DNA from: Methanomassiliicoccales archaeon
GTDB lineage: Archaea > Thermoplasmatota > Thermoplasmata > Methanomassiliicoccales > JAAEEP01
Reading direction: 5' to 3'
Assembly (NCBI GenBank): GCA_046540255.1
Contig: JBKHFJ010000002.1
Location: forward strand, 42,616-106,615
Length of the DNA stretch: 64,000 bases
Below the pieces are notes generated by a model. It was not told the DNA's origin and ran no database searches. It saw only the letters and a list, made by a program, of their open reading frames with translations. A program made the position numbers and the translations under genes. Positions within the stretch are counted from its first letter, which is position 1; the number at the start of each line of letters is the position of its first letter. This document shows positions 41,180-49,467 of this stretch, piece after piece.

Positions 41180-41420
41180 TCGGAAGTCGGGTAAGGCGTC
41201 AGTCTTCGTTCTTCAAACTACGGATCATCCTCGAGATGATTGGTTACCGTGAGGTATACGCCTCTCGGCGGAAGAACGGCACGAGGAGAGGACGGTATGG
41301 CCCCTCTCCCCCATTCCCATATTTTACACCATCTCCCTGAAATAGAACAGATAAAACTCTATATGGTCAGGGGAATCCCGGGCCGGTGTCATCCTGAAGG
41401 TCTCGGTCATCATACCCACC

Positions 41421-42071
41421 ATGAACGAGGAGGAGTCCATAGGAACCGTTCTCGACCAGGTGGCCACGGCCATGATCTCTTCCTCCCTGGAATACGAGGC
41501 CATGATCGTGGACACCGACTCGAGGGACCGTACCAGGGAGATCGCCCAGTCCAAGGGGGCCAGGGTGATCGACGAGCCCCGCAGGGGGTACGGCAGGGCG
41601 TACAAGACGGGTTTTCAGAACGCCCAGGGGGACATCATAGCCACCCTTGACGCCGACTGCACCTATCCGGCCGAGGAGATCCCCAAGCTGTGCGGCATGC
41701 TGATCGAGGAGGAACTCGATTTCATAACCACCAACCGCTTCGGTCGCATGGAGGCGGGGGCCATGAAGCCCTCCCACCGATTCGGGAACCGGGTGTTGAC
41801 CATGACCCTGAACCTGCTGTTCGGTCTGCGCCTGAAGGACTCCCAGAGCGGCATGTGGGTGTTCCGGTCCTCCTGCCTTGAGCGGCTCGAGCTGACCAGT
41901 GATGGCATGCCCCTGTCGGAGGAGATCAAGGTGGAGGCGTTCAAGAAGGTCCGGGCGAAGGAGGTGCCCATCTGCTACCGGCAGAGGAGGGGGGAGGTCA
42001 AGCTCTCCTCCTGGAAGGACGGCAGGAGGAACTTCGCCTTCCTGTGGAGGAAGAGGTTCTCCAGGTCATAG
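41421..42071 (+). CDS. Dolichyl-phosphate-sugar synthase-like family 2 glycosyltransferase (5' end apparently disrupted)
   Basis: NEEESIGTVL...IVDTDSRDRT...LDADCTYP...SQSGMWVFR. The conserved first beta-strand (KVSVIIPT) is encoded in frame just upstream of ATG 41421 but has no in-frame start codon. ATG 41363 is in a different frame. Confidence 0.7.
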   Translation: MNEEESIGTVLDQVATAMISSSLEYEAMIVDTDSRDRTREIAQSKGARVIDEPRRGYGRAYKTGFQNAQGDIIATLDADCTYPAEEIPKLCGMLIEEELDFITTNRFGRMEAGAMKPSHRFGNRVLTMTLNLLFGLRLKDSQSGMWVFRSSCLERLELTSDGMPLSEEIKVEAFKKVRAKEVPICYRQRRGEVKLSSWKDGRRNFAFLWRKRFSRS

Positions 42072-42593
42072 CTCCTTCTTGATGATCCCGATCGCCTCCC
42101 TCAGGCCCTCCCGGGCCGTCAGGTTGAACAGGCAGGCGGCCGGATGATAGGTGGGCATCACCACCAGTTCCAGGTGGTTGACCTTGGCCTGGACCTTCAC
42201 GTTGGCGTCCCTGGACAGGTTGATCCCTTTCCCCAGGATGTTCGAGGAGGCTGTCCTCCCCAGGGTGACCACCAGGCTCTTTCCCTCCAGCTCCTGCTCC
42301 AGGTACGGGAAGCAGGCCCGGCGCTCCTCCGCCCTGGGCACCCGGTTGTCCGGCGGACGGCACTTCACCGTGTTGGTGATCAACACGCTCTCCCTGGACA
42401 CCTCTCCCTCCTCCAGCATGCGGTCCAGCATATTCCCCGCCCGGCCGACGAAGGGGCGGGCCTGGAGGTCCTCCATCCTCCCGGGTGCCTCGCCCACCAG
42501 GGCCACCGGCGATCGCCTGTCCCCGTCGGGCGGTACCACGTTGGTCCGATCCCTGCTCAGGGGGCAGCGTGTGCAGTCAGGGTCAAACTCCAT
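42066..42593 (-). CDS. udg: Uracil-DNA glycosylase, family 4
   Basis: CTRCPL...VALVGEAPG..ED....PFVGRAG..L...L......V.ITN.VKCRPP.NR.P......C...L..E...HPAA, including the Fe-S cysteines. Confidence 0.85.
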   Translation of the reverse strand: MEFDPDCTRCPLSRDRTNVVPPDGDRRSPVALVGEAPGRMEDLQARPFVGRAGNMLDRMLEEGEVSRESVLITNTVKCRPPDNRVPRAEERRACFPYLEQELEGKSLVVTLGRTASSNILGKGINLSRDANVKVQAKVNHLELVVMPTYHPAACLFNLTAREGLREAIGIIKKEL

Positions 42594-43119
42594 CCCTTCC
42601 CTCCAGGAGGACGGAGGCGGTGAGCAGGGGGTGCAGGGTGACGCCCATTCCCCTCAGGCGGTCACTTCCTCCGCTCTCCCTGTCCACCACGGCCAGCAGG
42701 TCGGTTACCGTCGCCCCCTGGCCGCGAAGCTCCTCCACCGCCCCGGCGGCCGAGCCGGCCGAGGTGATGACGTCCTCCACCACGATCACCCGCTCTCCTG
42801 CCTCCAGTTCGCCCTCCACGCTCCTCCCGGTCCCGTGTGCCTTCCTGCCCCCACGGACCATCAGGTAGGGGAGGCCGGTCTGCAATGAGAGGGCCACCAC
42901 CAGGGGGATGGAGCCCAGGACCACACCGGCCAGCCTGTCGCAGCCGAGCCCCCTGGACTCCATGAGGGCGGCCATGGAGGCGGCCATCTCCCTCAGCACC
43001 TCGGGCCTGGTGCTGGCCTTCTTGATGTCGAGGTAGTAGTCGCTCCTCTCCCCGGAGGAGAGGGTGAACTCGCCGTAGAGCAGGGCTCCGCACTCCTTTA
43101 GGGCCGATTCGAGTTCCAT
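42583..43119 (-). CDS. pyrE: Orotate phosphoribosyltransferase
   Basis: ..LYGEFTLSSGERSDYYLDIK.. and the PRPP loop VIVVEDVITSAGS. ATG 43119 chosen; the alternative at 43137 would overlap carS. Confidence 0.85.
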   Translation of the reverse strand: MELESALKECGALLYGEFTLSSGERSDYYLDIKKASTRPEVLREMAASMAALMESRGLGCDRLAGVVLGSIPLVVALSLQTGLPYLMVRGGRKAHGTGRSVEGELEAGERVIVVEDVITSAGSAAGAVEELRGQGATVTDLLAVVDRESGGSDRLRGMGVTLHPLLTASVLLEGRDGV

Positions 43120-43123
43120 GGGA

Positions 43124-43681
43124 TCACCAGGGTACATCCTTCTTCCCCATCTTGTACCCTACGATGTTAACCGCCCGGTGCAGAAGGGGGACCGCCACCA
43201 GCAGCACCGCCAGGGCCAGGAGGGAGTCGCCCTCCAGGAAGCTCCGGTAGAACCAGTCCCCGTGAAGGAGGGCCAGCGCGAAGGCACCGATCAGGAAATC
43301 GTACTGGTCCAGCACCGGGAACCGGGCCCCCCGGGGGAGATCCAACCTCCTCTTGAGGAACGAGCCTCCCATGTCCCCCATCAGGGAGCCGAGGGACAGG
43401 GTGGCCACCAGGAGCAGGTTCCCCGGGAATGGGCCGAAGCCCCAGAATCCGGCGGGATCGAAGGGCAGGGCGATCATCAGCTGGACGATGCCCAGGGAGA
43501 CCCCGGCCGCCCAGCCGCCCGCCAGGCCCATCCAGGTCTTGCCGTCCCCCAGGATCCTCCTTCCCCCCAGGGACCGCCCCATATCCACCGGCCTTCCCCC
43601 TCCGAACAGCACCGCCGCCGAGTTGGGGAGCAGGGCCGGCAGCATCAGCCAGAGACCGCTCAGGATCAACGGGACCTCCAT
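43124..43681 (-). CDS. carS: CDP-archaeol synthase
   Basis: ..LPALLPNSAAVLFGGGRPVDMG......RILGDGKTWMG...GD..GSFLKRR. Start at MEVPLIL (43681); the upstream part of the track ORF overlaps xpd. Confidence 0.8.
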   Translation of the reverse strand: MEVPLILSGLWLMLPALLPNSAAVLFGGGRPVDMGRSLGGRRILGDGKTWMGLAGGWAAGVSLGIVQLMIALPFDPAGFWGFGPFPGNLLLVATLSLGSLMGDMGGSFLKRRLDLPRGARFPVLDQYDFLIGAFALALLHGDWFYRSFLEGDSLLALAVLLVAVPLLHRAVNIVGYKMGKKDVPW

Positions 43682-43704
43682 CGGTGGTGGATTGCCGCTG
43701 GCGA

Positions 43705-45612
43705 TTAAGTGCTTTTCGTCCCCCGGAAGAAGGCCTGGAGATCCTCCGCCGGCCGCTCCGAGGGGCGCATCTCCATCCGGTGGGAGAGCCTCTCCGCCCT
43801 CCAGTCGAGTATGACCGCCACTCCCATGTCGCTCTCCCTCCGGATCAGGCGGCCGACAGCCTGAAGGGTCTTCCGCATGGCCGGCGCTTGAACGGTGTAC
43901 TCCCAACCGCGACCGAACCTCAGCTCGTAGTAGTGCAGTAGGGCCCTCTGCCTGGCGGTGGGCTTCGGGTAGGGGATGCCCACCAGAACGGCCACCTCCA
44001 GGTCCCTGTCCGGGAAGTCCAGGCCCTCGGAGATGCGCCCCCCCATCACCGCCAGGAGGGCGCCGCCCTCCCCCCTCTGCCCCCGGAACTCCTCCACGGT
44101 CTCCATGAGATCGGACTGGGACATTCCCCTCTGCTCCATCAGCACCTTCCGGTCGATCCTATTCTCCAGGCCGTCCTGCAGGAATCGGTCCATCAGGGAG
44201 TAGGAGGGGAAGAAGACCACCGTGTTCCGGTGCGTGGCGTTGACCAGGGAGACCGCCTCCTCCTCCAAGAGGTCCACCATCCCCCCCTCCCCCGAGACCT
44301 GTGGATACTTGGTGGTCAGCTCAGGATGGTAGAGCACCAGGCGGTTGTCCCGGGGGAAGGGTGAGGGAAAGGACCTGGTGACCGTGGTCGTGGGTAGACC
44401 CACCGAGTCCCGGTACTCCTCCAGCGGCCGCAATGTACCGGACATGTGCACTGTGGCCCTGCACCTGAGCAGGGGGGAGCAGGCCAGGGAGGGGTCCAGG
44501 CAGTAGGCCTGTAGGGCGGGGTTCTCCCCGCCCACCACCACCTTGACGAAGCACTCCTGGTCCATGTTCACCCAGGCCTCCAGAAATCCCCCCAGGGAGT
44601 GGATGTAGGACCGGGGCAGCAGCCCCTGCTCCTTCCTCTTCTCCCTGATGATCTCTCCCTGGACCCTGAGCGCCCTGGCCGCCCCGTCGAGCGACCTGGA
44701 GGTGATGCGGAACGCGGACATCAGCCCCTCCTCGATGAAGGAGGGCGGGATCAGGCCGTCATCGTCAATCAGGTACTCGTCGAGGGCCGCGTCCAGCAGG
44801 GAGTCCATCTCCCTCACCAGGTCCATCACGCTCACCCCATCGGCCACCTCCGGGTCACCGTACCGCTCCACCTCCCCCTCCAGCTGTGGGAGGGCCTTCC
44901 TGGAAAGGGCGAAGGACCGGGTCTCCCGGGCGTATTCTGGAAGGTTGTGGGCCTCGTCAACGATGACCACGATCTCCTCCAGGGGCACGTTCATCCAGTC
45001 CAGGAGGGAATTGCGTATGAAGGGGACGAAGAAGTAGGGGTAGGGGGCCGTGACCACGTCCGCCACCCGGGCCAGCTCCTTCATCAGTTCGTAGGGGCAC
45101 ACCCCGAGGGAGTCGCAGTACTCCAGGAACTCCTCCACCGTGGGCATCTCCCTCCGACCGAAGGACTCCACCTCGTCGAACGGGGTGGAGAGGGTCCTGC
45201 CGTAGTAGGGGCAGCCCCCCTCCCGGCCCTCCATTGTCTTCCTCTTCCGGTCCCCGCACAGCTTGGAAAGCTCCTCCGGGGTGCCCTTGAGGGAGGGGTC
45301 GTTGCGCACCAGGGGGCAGGTGATCCTCCTCCCCTGCAGGCCGGTGCCGAAGACATCCGAGTGCCGGGAGAGCTCCCTCAGCTCGAGCATCACCTGCCTC
45401 TGCTGGGAGTTGGTCCTGGTGAGGTAGAGGAGCTTCCCGCCCCTCCCCATCGTCTCCTGGAGGACGCCGCAGAGGGAGCATACCGTCTTGCCCGTCCCGG
45501 TCCCGCTCTCCAGCACCAGGTTAGAGCCGGTGCTGACGGTCCTGGAGACGAGATCGACAAAATCCTGCTGATGGGGGCGGGGGGTGTAGGGGAACAGACG
45601 CATTCCCCTCAT
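43705..45612 (-). CDS. xpd: XPD/Rad3-type Fe-S DNA helicase
   Basis: Walker A ESGTGTGKT, a four-Cys Fe-S insert (..CPLVRN..C..CPYYG..CPYE), DEAH (VDEAHN), and C-terminal helicase motifs. Confidence 0.85.
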   Translation of the reverse strand: MRGMRLFPYTPRPHQQDFVDLVSRTVSTGSNLVLESGTGTGKTVCSLCGVLQETMGRGGKLLYLTRTNSQQRQVMLELRELSRHSDVFGTGLQGRRITCPLVRNDPSLKGTPEELSKLCGDRKRKTMEGREGGCPYYGRTLSTPFDEVESFGRREMPTVEEFLEYCDSLGVCPYELMKELARVADVVTAPYPYFFVPFIRNSLLDWMNVPLEEIVVIVDEAHNLPEYARETRSFALSRKALPQLEGEVERYGDPEVADGVSVMDLVREMDSLLDAALDEYLIDDDGLIPPSFIEEGLMSAFRITSRSLDGAARALRVQGEIIREKRKEQGLLPRSYIHSLGGFLEAWVNMDQECFVKVVVGGENPALQAYCLDPSLACSPLLRCRATVHMSGTLRPLEEYRDSVGLPTTTVTRSFPSPFPRDNRLVLYHPELTTKYPQVSGEGGMVDLLEEEAVSLVNATHRNTVVFFPSYSLMDRFLQDGLENRIDRKVLMEQRGMSQSDLMETVEEFRGQRGEGGALLAVMGGRISEGLDFPDRDLEVAVLVGIPYPKPTARQRALLHYYELRFGRGWEYTVQAPAMRKTLQAVGRLIRRESDMGVAVILDWRAERLSHRMEMRPSERPAEDLQAFFRGTKST

Positions 45613-45669
45613 ATCCAGTGGATTCCACGGAATAACATTTCGGAAGGGTGGTTGAAAATGGTGTCGGGA

Positions 45670-46068
45670 TCAGGCCCTCTGCCAGATCTCCTCCGGGATC
45701 TCGTCGTACACGCTGTCCCCGTCCTCCTCGGCGTAGACCGCGTGACCGTTCTCCGAGACCAGCTCGCTTATCCTGGACTTCCTGAACAGCCAGTAGTGTA
45801 TCCTCCACTCCCGGCCGTCGTAGAGGGTGGTTTCCTCCCTCTCGGTGGTCAGGATGCCCGTGTCCTCGAGCATATAGAAGGCGTCCCTGTCCTCCGGCTC
45901 GAGGATGTTATCGATGATGCGCTCGCTGTAGCCGAAGAAGTTCAGCACGTGCTGGGCCATAGCCCTGGCCTGCTCCTCCGGCATCCCGCTACTGTCTATG
46001 CTCCTCCTGATCGCGTGCGTCAAATGCTCCACGGTCAGGGTGGAGTGTCCATTTCCATCCAGCTTCAT
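45670..46068 (-). CDS. Hypothetical protein (132 aa)
   Basis: Clean GC3-rich ORF downstream of xpd. No domain recognised with confidence. Confidence 0.55.
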   Translation of the reverse strand: MKLDGNGHSTLTVEHLTHAIRRSIDSSGMPEEQARAMAQHVLNFFGYSERIIDNILEPEDRDAFYMLEDTGILTTEREETTLYDGREWRIHYWLFRKSRISELVSENGHAVYAEEDGDSVYDEIPEEIWQRA

Positions 46069-46257
46069 AAACTAGAACCCCCGGTCGTTACCCGTTCCAA
46101 TCGGCACTAAAAATCCATTATAGGGGGTATATATAAACATTGTGTGAGATTCATCAACTGGCGTCCAATGCAGATTTGCTAATTGAATGTCTACTTAGCT
46201 AAGTCCATCCATTCATAAAATCTTAAGAGGTATGGACGACAAGCTAGACCTGATAAG

Positions 46258-46551
46258 ATGTTGGCGGAGTTCAGCGTGACCCCGATCGGTGCGGGGGAGA
46301 GCGTTAGCGAGTACGTGGCGGAGTGCGTCAGGATCCTCGAATCCAGGGGCCTGAAGTACCAGTTGACCCCCATGGCCACCGTGGTAGAGGGGGAGACCTC
46401 CGAGGTCATGGACGCCATCATGGAGTGCCACCGGAAGGTGATGGGGATGTCCAATCGGGTGATCACCTCCATCAAGATCGACGACAGGAAGGGCCGGGAG
46501 GACGCCATTACCTCGAAGACCGAGAGTGTGATGAAGAGGCTGGACCGCTAG
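46258..46551 (+). CDS. MTH1187/YkoF-family (UPF0045) thiamine-binding-like protein
   Basis: MLAEFSVTPIGAGESVSEYVAECVRILESRGLKYQLTPMATVVEG....M.....CH is the typical family pattern. Confidence 0.75.
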   Translation: MLAEFSVTPIGAGESVSEYVAECVRILESRGLKYQLTPMATVVEGETSEVMDAIMECHRKVMGMSNRVITSIKIDDRKGREDAITSKTESVMKRLDR

Positions 46552-48155
46552 ATCTGCATGTACTCCCTGGTCTCCATGTGGCTCAGCTTGAGGTAGCGGG
46601 CGTCGGTCAGGCCGCACTCTTTGATAAGCTCGTCCAGCAGGGACTTGTCCACCGGCTCGTCCACCCCGATGAGCATGAGCGCCCTGGCCCCCCTCTCCTT
46701 CCGGCCGACGCGCATCCGGCCGATGTTCACACCGTGCCTGCCCAGGATGGTCCCCACCTTGCCGATCACCCCGGGGACGTCCTCGTGGATGGTGAGTATG
46801 AAGTCGTCCTCCAGCGGCATGTCTATGTCGAACTCGTCGACGCCCAGCAGGCGGGGCTCGTTGGAAGGGAAGGCCGTCCCCCTCACCTCCACCGTCTCCC
46901 CGTTCGACTGGAGGGTGATCGAGATCATGTTGACGTAGTGGTAGCACTCGTCCACCTTGGACTCCATCACCTTGATCCCCTTCTCCTTGGCGACGGCCTC
47001 GGCGTTGATGATGTTGGTGTTCTCCCCGGTGATGTTGGAGAGCACCCCGATCAGGGAGGAGATCCGGAGGATGCCGGTCTCCATGCCTGCCAGGTCCCCG
47101 CACACCGTGACCTTGACCTTCTCCAGCGGATTGTCGAACAGGTTGATGGCAAAGGCCCCCAGCTTCTCCGCCAGGGGGATGAAGGGCGCCACCTTGGGGT
47201 CCACCTTCTCCCGGGGGGCGTTCACCGCGTTGCTGATCCTCCCGCTCTTTAGGAAGGTCATCACCTGCTCGGCCATCTCCAGGGAGACCTTCTCCTGTGC
47301 CTCCCTGGTGGAGGCCCCCAGGTGGGGCGTGGTGACGATGTTGTCCAGCTGGAAGAGCTTGCGGTCCTGAGGCGGCTCCTCCTCGTAGACGTCCAGGGCC
47401 GCCCCGGCCAGCCTTCCCTCGGCCAGGGTGTCGTGCAGGGCGTCCTCGTCCACTATGCCCCCGCGGGCGCAGTTGACCAGGAGTGCCCCGGGCTTGACCC
47501 GGGAGAGCTTCTCCTCGTCAAGAAGGTGGTAGGTGGAGGAGGTGAGGGGTGCGTGGACGGTGATGATGTCCGCCTCCTCCAGCACCCTGTCCAGGGGAAG
47601 GAGCCTCACCCCCACCTTCACCGCCTTCTCCGGGGAGATGAAGGGATCGTAGCCCACCAGCCTCATCTGGAAGGCCTTGGCCCGCTTGGCCACCTCCCCG
47701 CCTACCCGGCCGATGCCCACTATACCCAGGGTCTTCCCGGACAGCTCGGTCCCGGTGAACCTCTTTCGCTCCCACTTCCCCTCCATCAGGGAGTTGTGGG
47801 CCCACACGATCCTCCTGGCCAGGGTGAGCATCATGGCCATGGTGTGCTCCGCGGCCGAGAGGATGTTCGCCGATGGCGTGTTCATCACCAGCACGCCCCT
47901 CCTGGTGGCGTGGTTGATGTCCACGTTGTCCACGCCGACGCCGGCCCGCCCGATTACCTTGAGCCGGGTCCCGGCGTCGATGACGTCGGCGGTGACCTTG
48001 GTCCCGCTCCTGACGATGAGGGCGTCGTACGCCCCCACCTCCTCCAGCAATCTCTCGTGGCCCAGATCGGGCTTCACGTCCACCTGGACGTCGTTCTCCC
48101 TCTCCAGCAGGGCCAGGCCCTCCTCGGAGATGGGATCGGTAACCAGCAATCTCAT
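46548..48155 (-). CDS. serA: D-3-phosphoglycerate dehydrogenase with ACT domain
   Basis: MRLLVTDPISEEG..., NAD fold GIVGIGRVGGEVAKRA, catalytic ..NCARGGIVDE.., HLGAST, and a C-terminal ASB+ACT region. Start at 48155 overlaps the stop of the upstream aminotransferase (ATGA). Confidence 0.9.
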   Translation of the reverse strand: MRLLVTDPISEEGLALLERENDVQVDVKPDLGHERLLEEVGAYDALIVRSGTKVTADVIDAGTRLKVIGRAGVGVDNVDINHATRRGVLVMNTPSANILSAAEHTMAMMLTLARRIVWAHNSLMEGKWERKRFTGTELSGKTLGIVGIGRVGGEVAKRAKAFQMRLVGYDPFISPEKAVKVGVRLLPLDRVLEEADIITVHAPLTSSTYHLLDEEKLSRVKPGALLVNCARGGIVDEDALHDTLAEGRLAGAALDVYEEEPPQDRKLFQLDNIVTTPHLGASTREAQEKVSLEMAEQVMTFLKSGRISNAVNAPREKVDPKVAPFIPLAEKLGAFAINLFDNPLEKVKVTVCGDLAGMETGILRISSLIGVLSNITGENTNIINAEAVAKEKGIKVMESKVDECYHYVNMISITLQSNGETVEVRGTAFPSNEPRLLGVDEFDIDMPLEDDFILTIHEDVPGVIGKVGTILGRHGVNIGRMRVGRKERGARALMLIGVDEPVDKSLLDELIKECGLTDARYLKLSHMETREYMQI

Positions 48156-49216
48156 GATGATGCCTCCATGACCTCTTCCAGCGAGTCCAGGAGATGGCCG
48201 ACGTCCTCCACGGTCAGATCTCCCATGTGGCCGATACGGAAGGTGGAGTCCTTCAGCTTCCCGTAGCCGGGGGAGATCTCGATCCCCCTCCGGCCCAGGC
48301 CCTCCTGGATCCTCTCGAAGTCCCCCTCGGGGTCGTTGACAACGGTGATGGTGTTGGACCTGCACCCGGCCTCGGCGAACAGCCCCGGGAAGGGATCTGC
48401 CCATCCCCTCACCATCTCGGCCATCCGGCGGTGGCGGTCGTACCTGGTGGGCATGCCCTCCTCCAGCATGCGGTCAAGCTGAAAATCCAGACCGTAAAGG
48501 AGGGAGACCGGCGGGGTGGTCAGGGCGAAACCCCGGTCGGCGTACCTCTTCAGCTCCACCAGGTCGAAGTAGTACCCCCGAGCGTCCACCTCCTCCGCCT
48601 TCGCCAGCAGTCGATCGCTGACGCATATCACCGCCAGACCGGGGGGAAGGGCCAGCGCCTTCTGGCTCCCGAAGACCAGGGCGTCCAGGTCCAGGGAGTC
48701 TATGTCCAGGTCCATGCCCCCCACCGAGGTCACGCCGTCGACGAAGACCAGGGGGTCATGCTCCTCCCGGGCAGCGTCCACCAGCTCCTTTATCGGGTTG
48801 AACACCCCGGTGGAGGACTCGTTGGAGACCAGGGCCACCGCCTCCGTCTCCGGGGTCACCGCCCGGGCGACCTGCTCGGGCCTGACCGGGCTTCCCCAGG
48901 GTGCCTCCACCCTGTCGACCTCCTTGCCGTTCGCCTGGACGATCCTCTGCCACCTCTCCCCGAAGGCGCCGTTGGACGCCCCCACCATCCTGTGATGCAC
49001 CCCGCACCTGACGCAGGACTCCAGGAATCCGGTGGAGGAGCAGGCGGCCAATATGATGTGCATGTCCGTCTCCAGCACCCGGTGGAGCTTCTCCACCACA
49101 CCCTCGTGGAGCCGCTTGTACTCCTGGCTCCGGTGAGTGATCATCTGCCTGGACATCGAGTCCAGGACCTCTTGACGGACCTCGACAGGACCTACAGTGA
49201 ATAATCTATGAGTCAC
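48152..49216 (-). CDS. serC: Class V aminotransferase (phosphoserine/serine-pyruvate aminotransferase-like)
   Basis: ..LFTVGPVEV...MITHRSQEY.., with the PLP lysine context FGSQKALALPPG. GTG 49216 was chosen because GGAGG lies 6 nt upstream. The track ORF extension to 49372 does not look like protein. Confidence 0.8.
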   Translation of the reverse strand: MTHRLFTVGPVEVRQEVLDSMSRQMITHRSQEYKRLHEGVVEKLHRVLETDMHIILAACSSTGFLESCVRCGVHHRMVGASNGAFGERWQRIVQANGKEVDRVEAPWGSPVRPEQVARAVTPETEAVALVSNESSTGVFNPIKELVDAAREEHDPLVFVDGVTSVGGMDLDIDSLDLDALVFGSQKALALPPGLAVICVSDRLLAKAEEVDARGYYFDLVELKRYADRGFALTTPPVSLLYGLDFQLDRMLEEGMPTRYDRHRRMAEMVRGWADPFPGLFAEAGCRSNTITVVNDPEGDFERIQEGLGRRGIEISPGYGKLKDSTFRIGHMGDLTVEDVGHLLDSLEEVMEASS

Positions 49217-49237
49217 AGACACCCTCCAGAAATCTTC

Positions 49238-49393
49238 CGGGACCGCATCAGGAGCGGGCCGGGGAGGAGGGCATCTGCGATGATCCTCCACATCCCCATC
49301 CGCTTCCGACCCCGGATACGGGACCGCGGGCCCTGCCCAGCGCACCATCTGCCGAAAGCTGGGAGAAACCATGCTCGCCGGGCGCGGGACCGC
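49238..49393. repeat. Three copies of CGGGACCGC (minus strand GCGGTCCCG) in the serC upstream region
   Basis: Exact 9-mers at 49238-49246, 49319-49327 and 49385-49393. Copies 2 and 3 are flanked by GATACG / CGTATC in inverted orientation. Confidence 0.7.
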
Positions 49394-49426
49394 GTATCAT
49401 ATCGATTGACCGTTAAAGAGGATGGG

Positions 49427-49434
49427 CTTATAAA
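49427..49434 (-). promoter_or_regulatory. TATA-like box (TTTATAAG on minus strand) upstream of serC-serA
   Basis: GAAAGTTTATAAGCCC on the minus strand lies about 210 nt upstream of the serC start, which implies a long leader if this element is used. Confidence 0.3.
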
Positions 49435-49467
49435 CTTTCCGATTCTTGGGGGCCGGATCTCCGGCAT

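Noticed and set aside
40841-41189. TCGGAAGTCG direct repeats flanking the cold-shock gene as boundaries (target-site duplication) of a mobile cassette.
   Set aside because: A 10-nt match within a few hundred nt is expected by chance many times in 64 kb, and there is no integrase, transposase or terminal inverted repeat. I kept it only as a side remark in the island finding.
49217-49372. An N-terminal extension of the aminotransferase ORF (MVSPSFRQMVRWAGPAVPYPGSE...), plus ORFs 49208-49609 (+) and 49213-49467 (-).
   Set aside because: They bear no resemblance to aminotransferase N-termini and have Arg/Pro-rich composition. A GGAGG-spaced GTG at 49216 gives a normal N-terminus. I treat the region as non-coding (see the serC upstream finding).
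49217-49467. Possible SRP RNA or RNase P RNA in the long GC-rich gap.
   Set aside because: I could not find the conserved SRP helix-8 features (a GNAR tetraloop flanked by the symmetric loop, ..GGUCCGGAAGG-type) or the RNase P conserved regions. The GGCCGGGGAGGAGGGCA stretch is only superficially similar.
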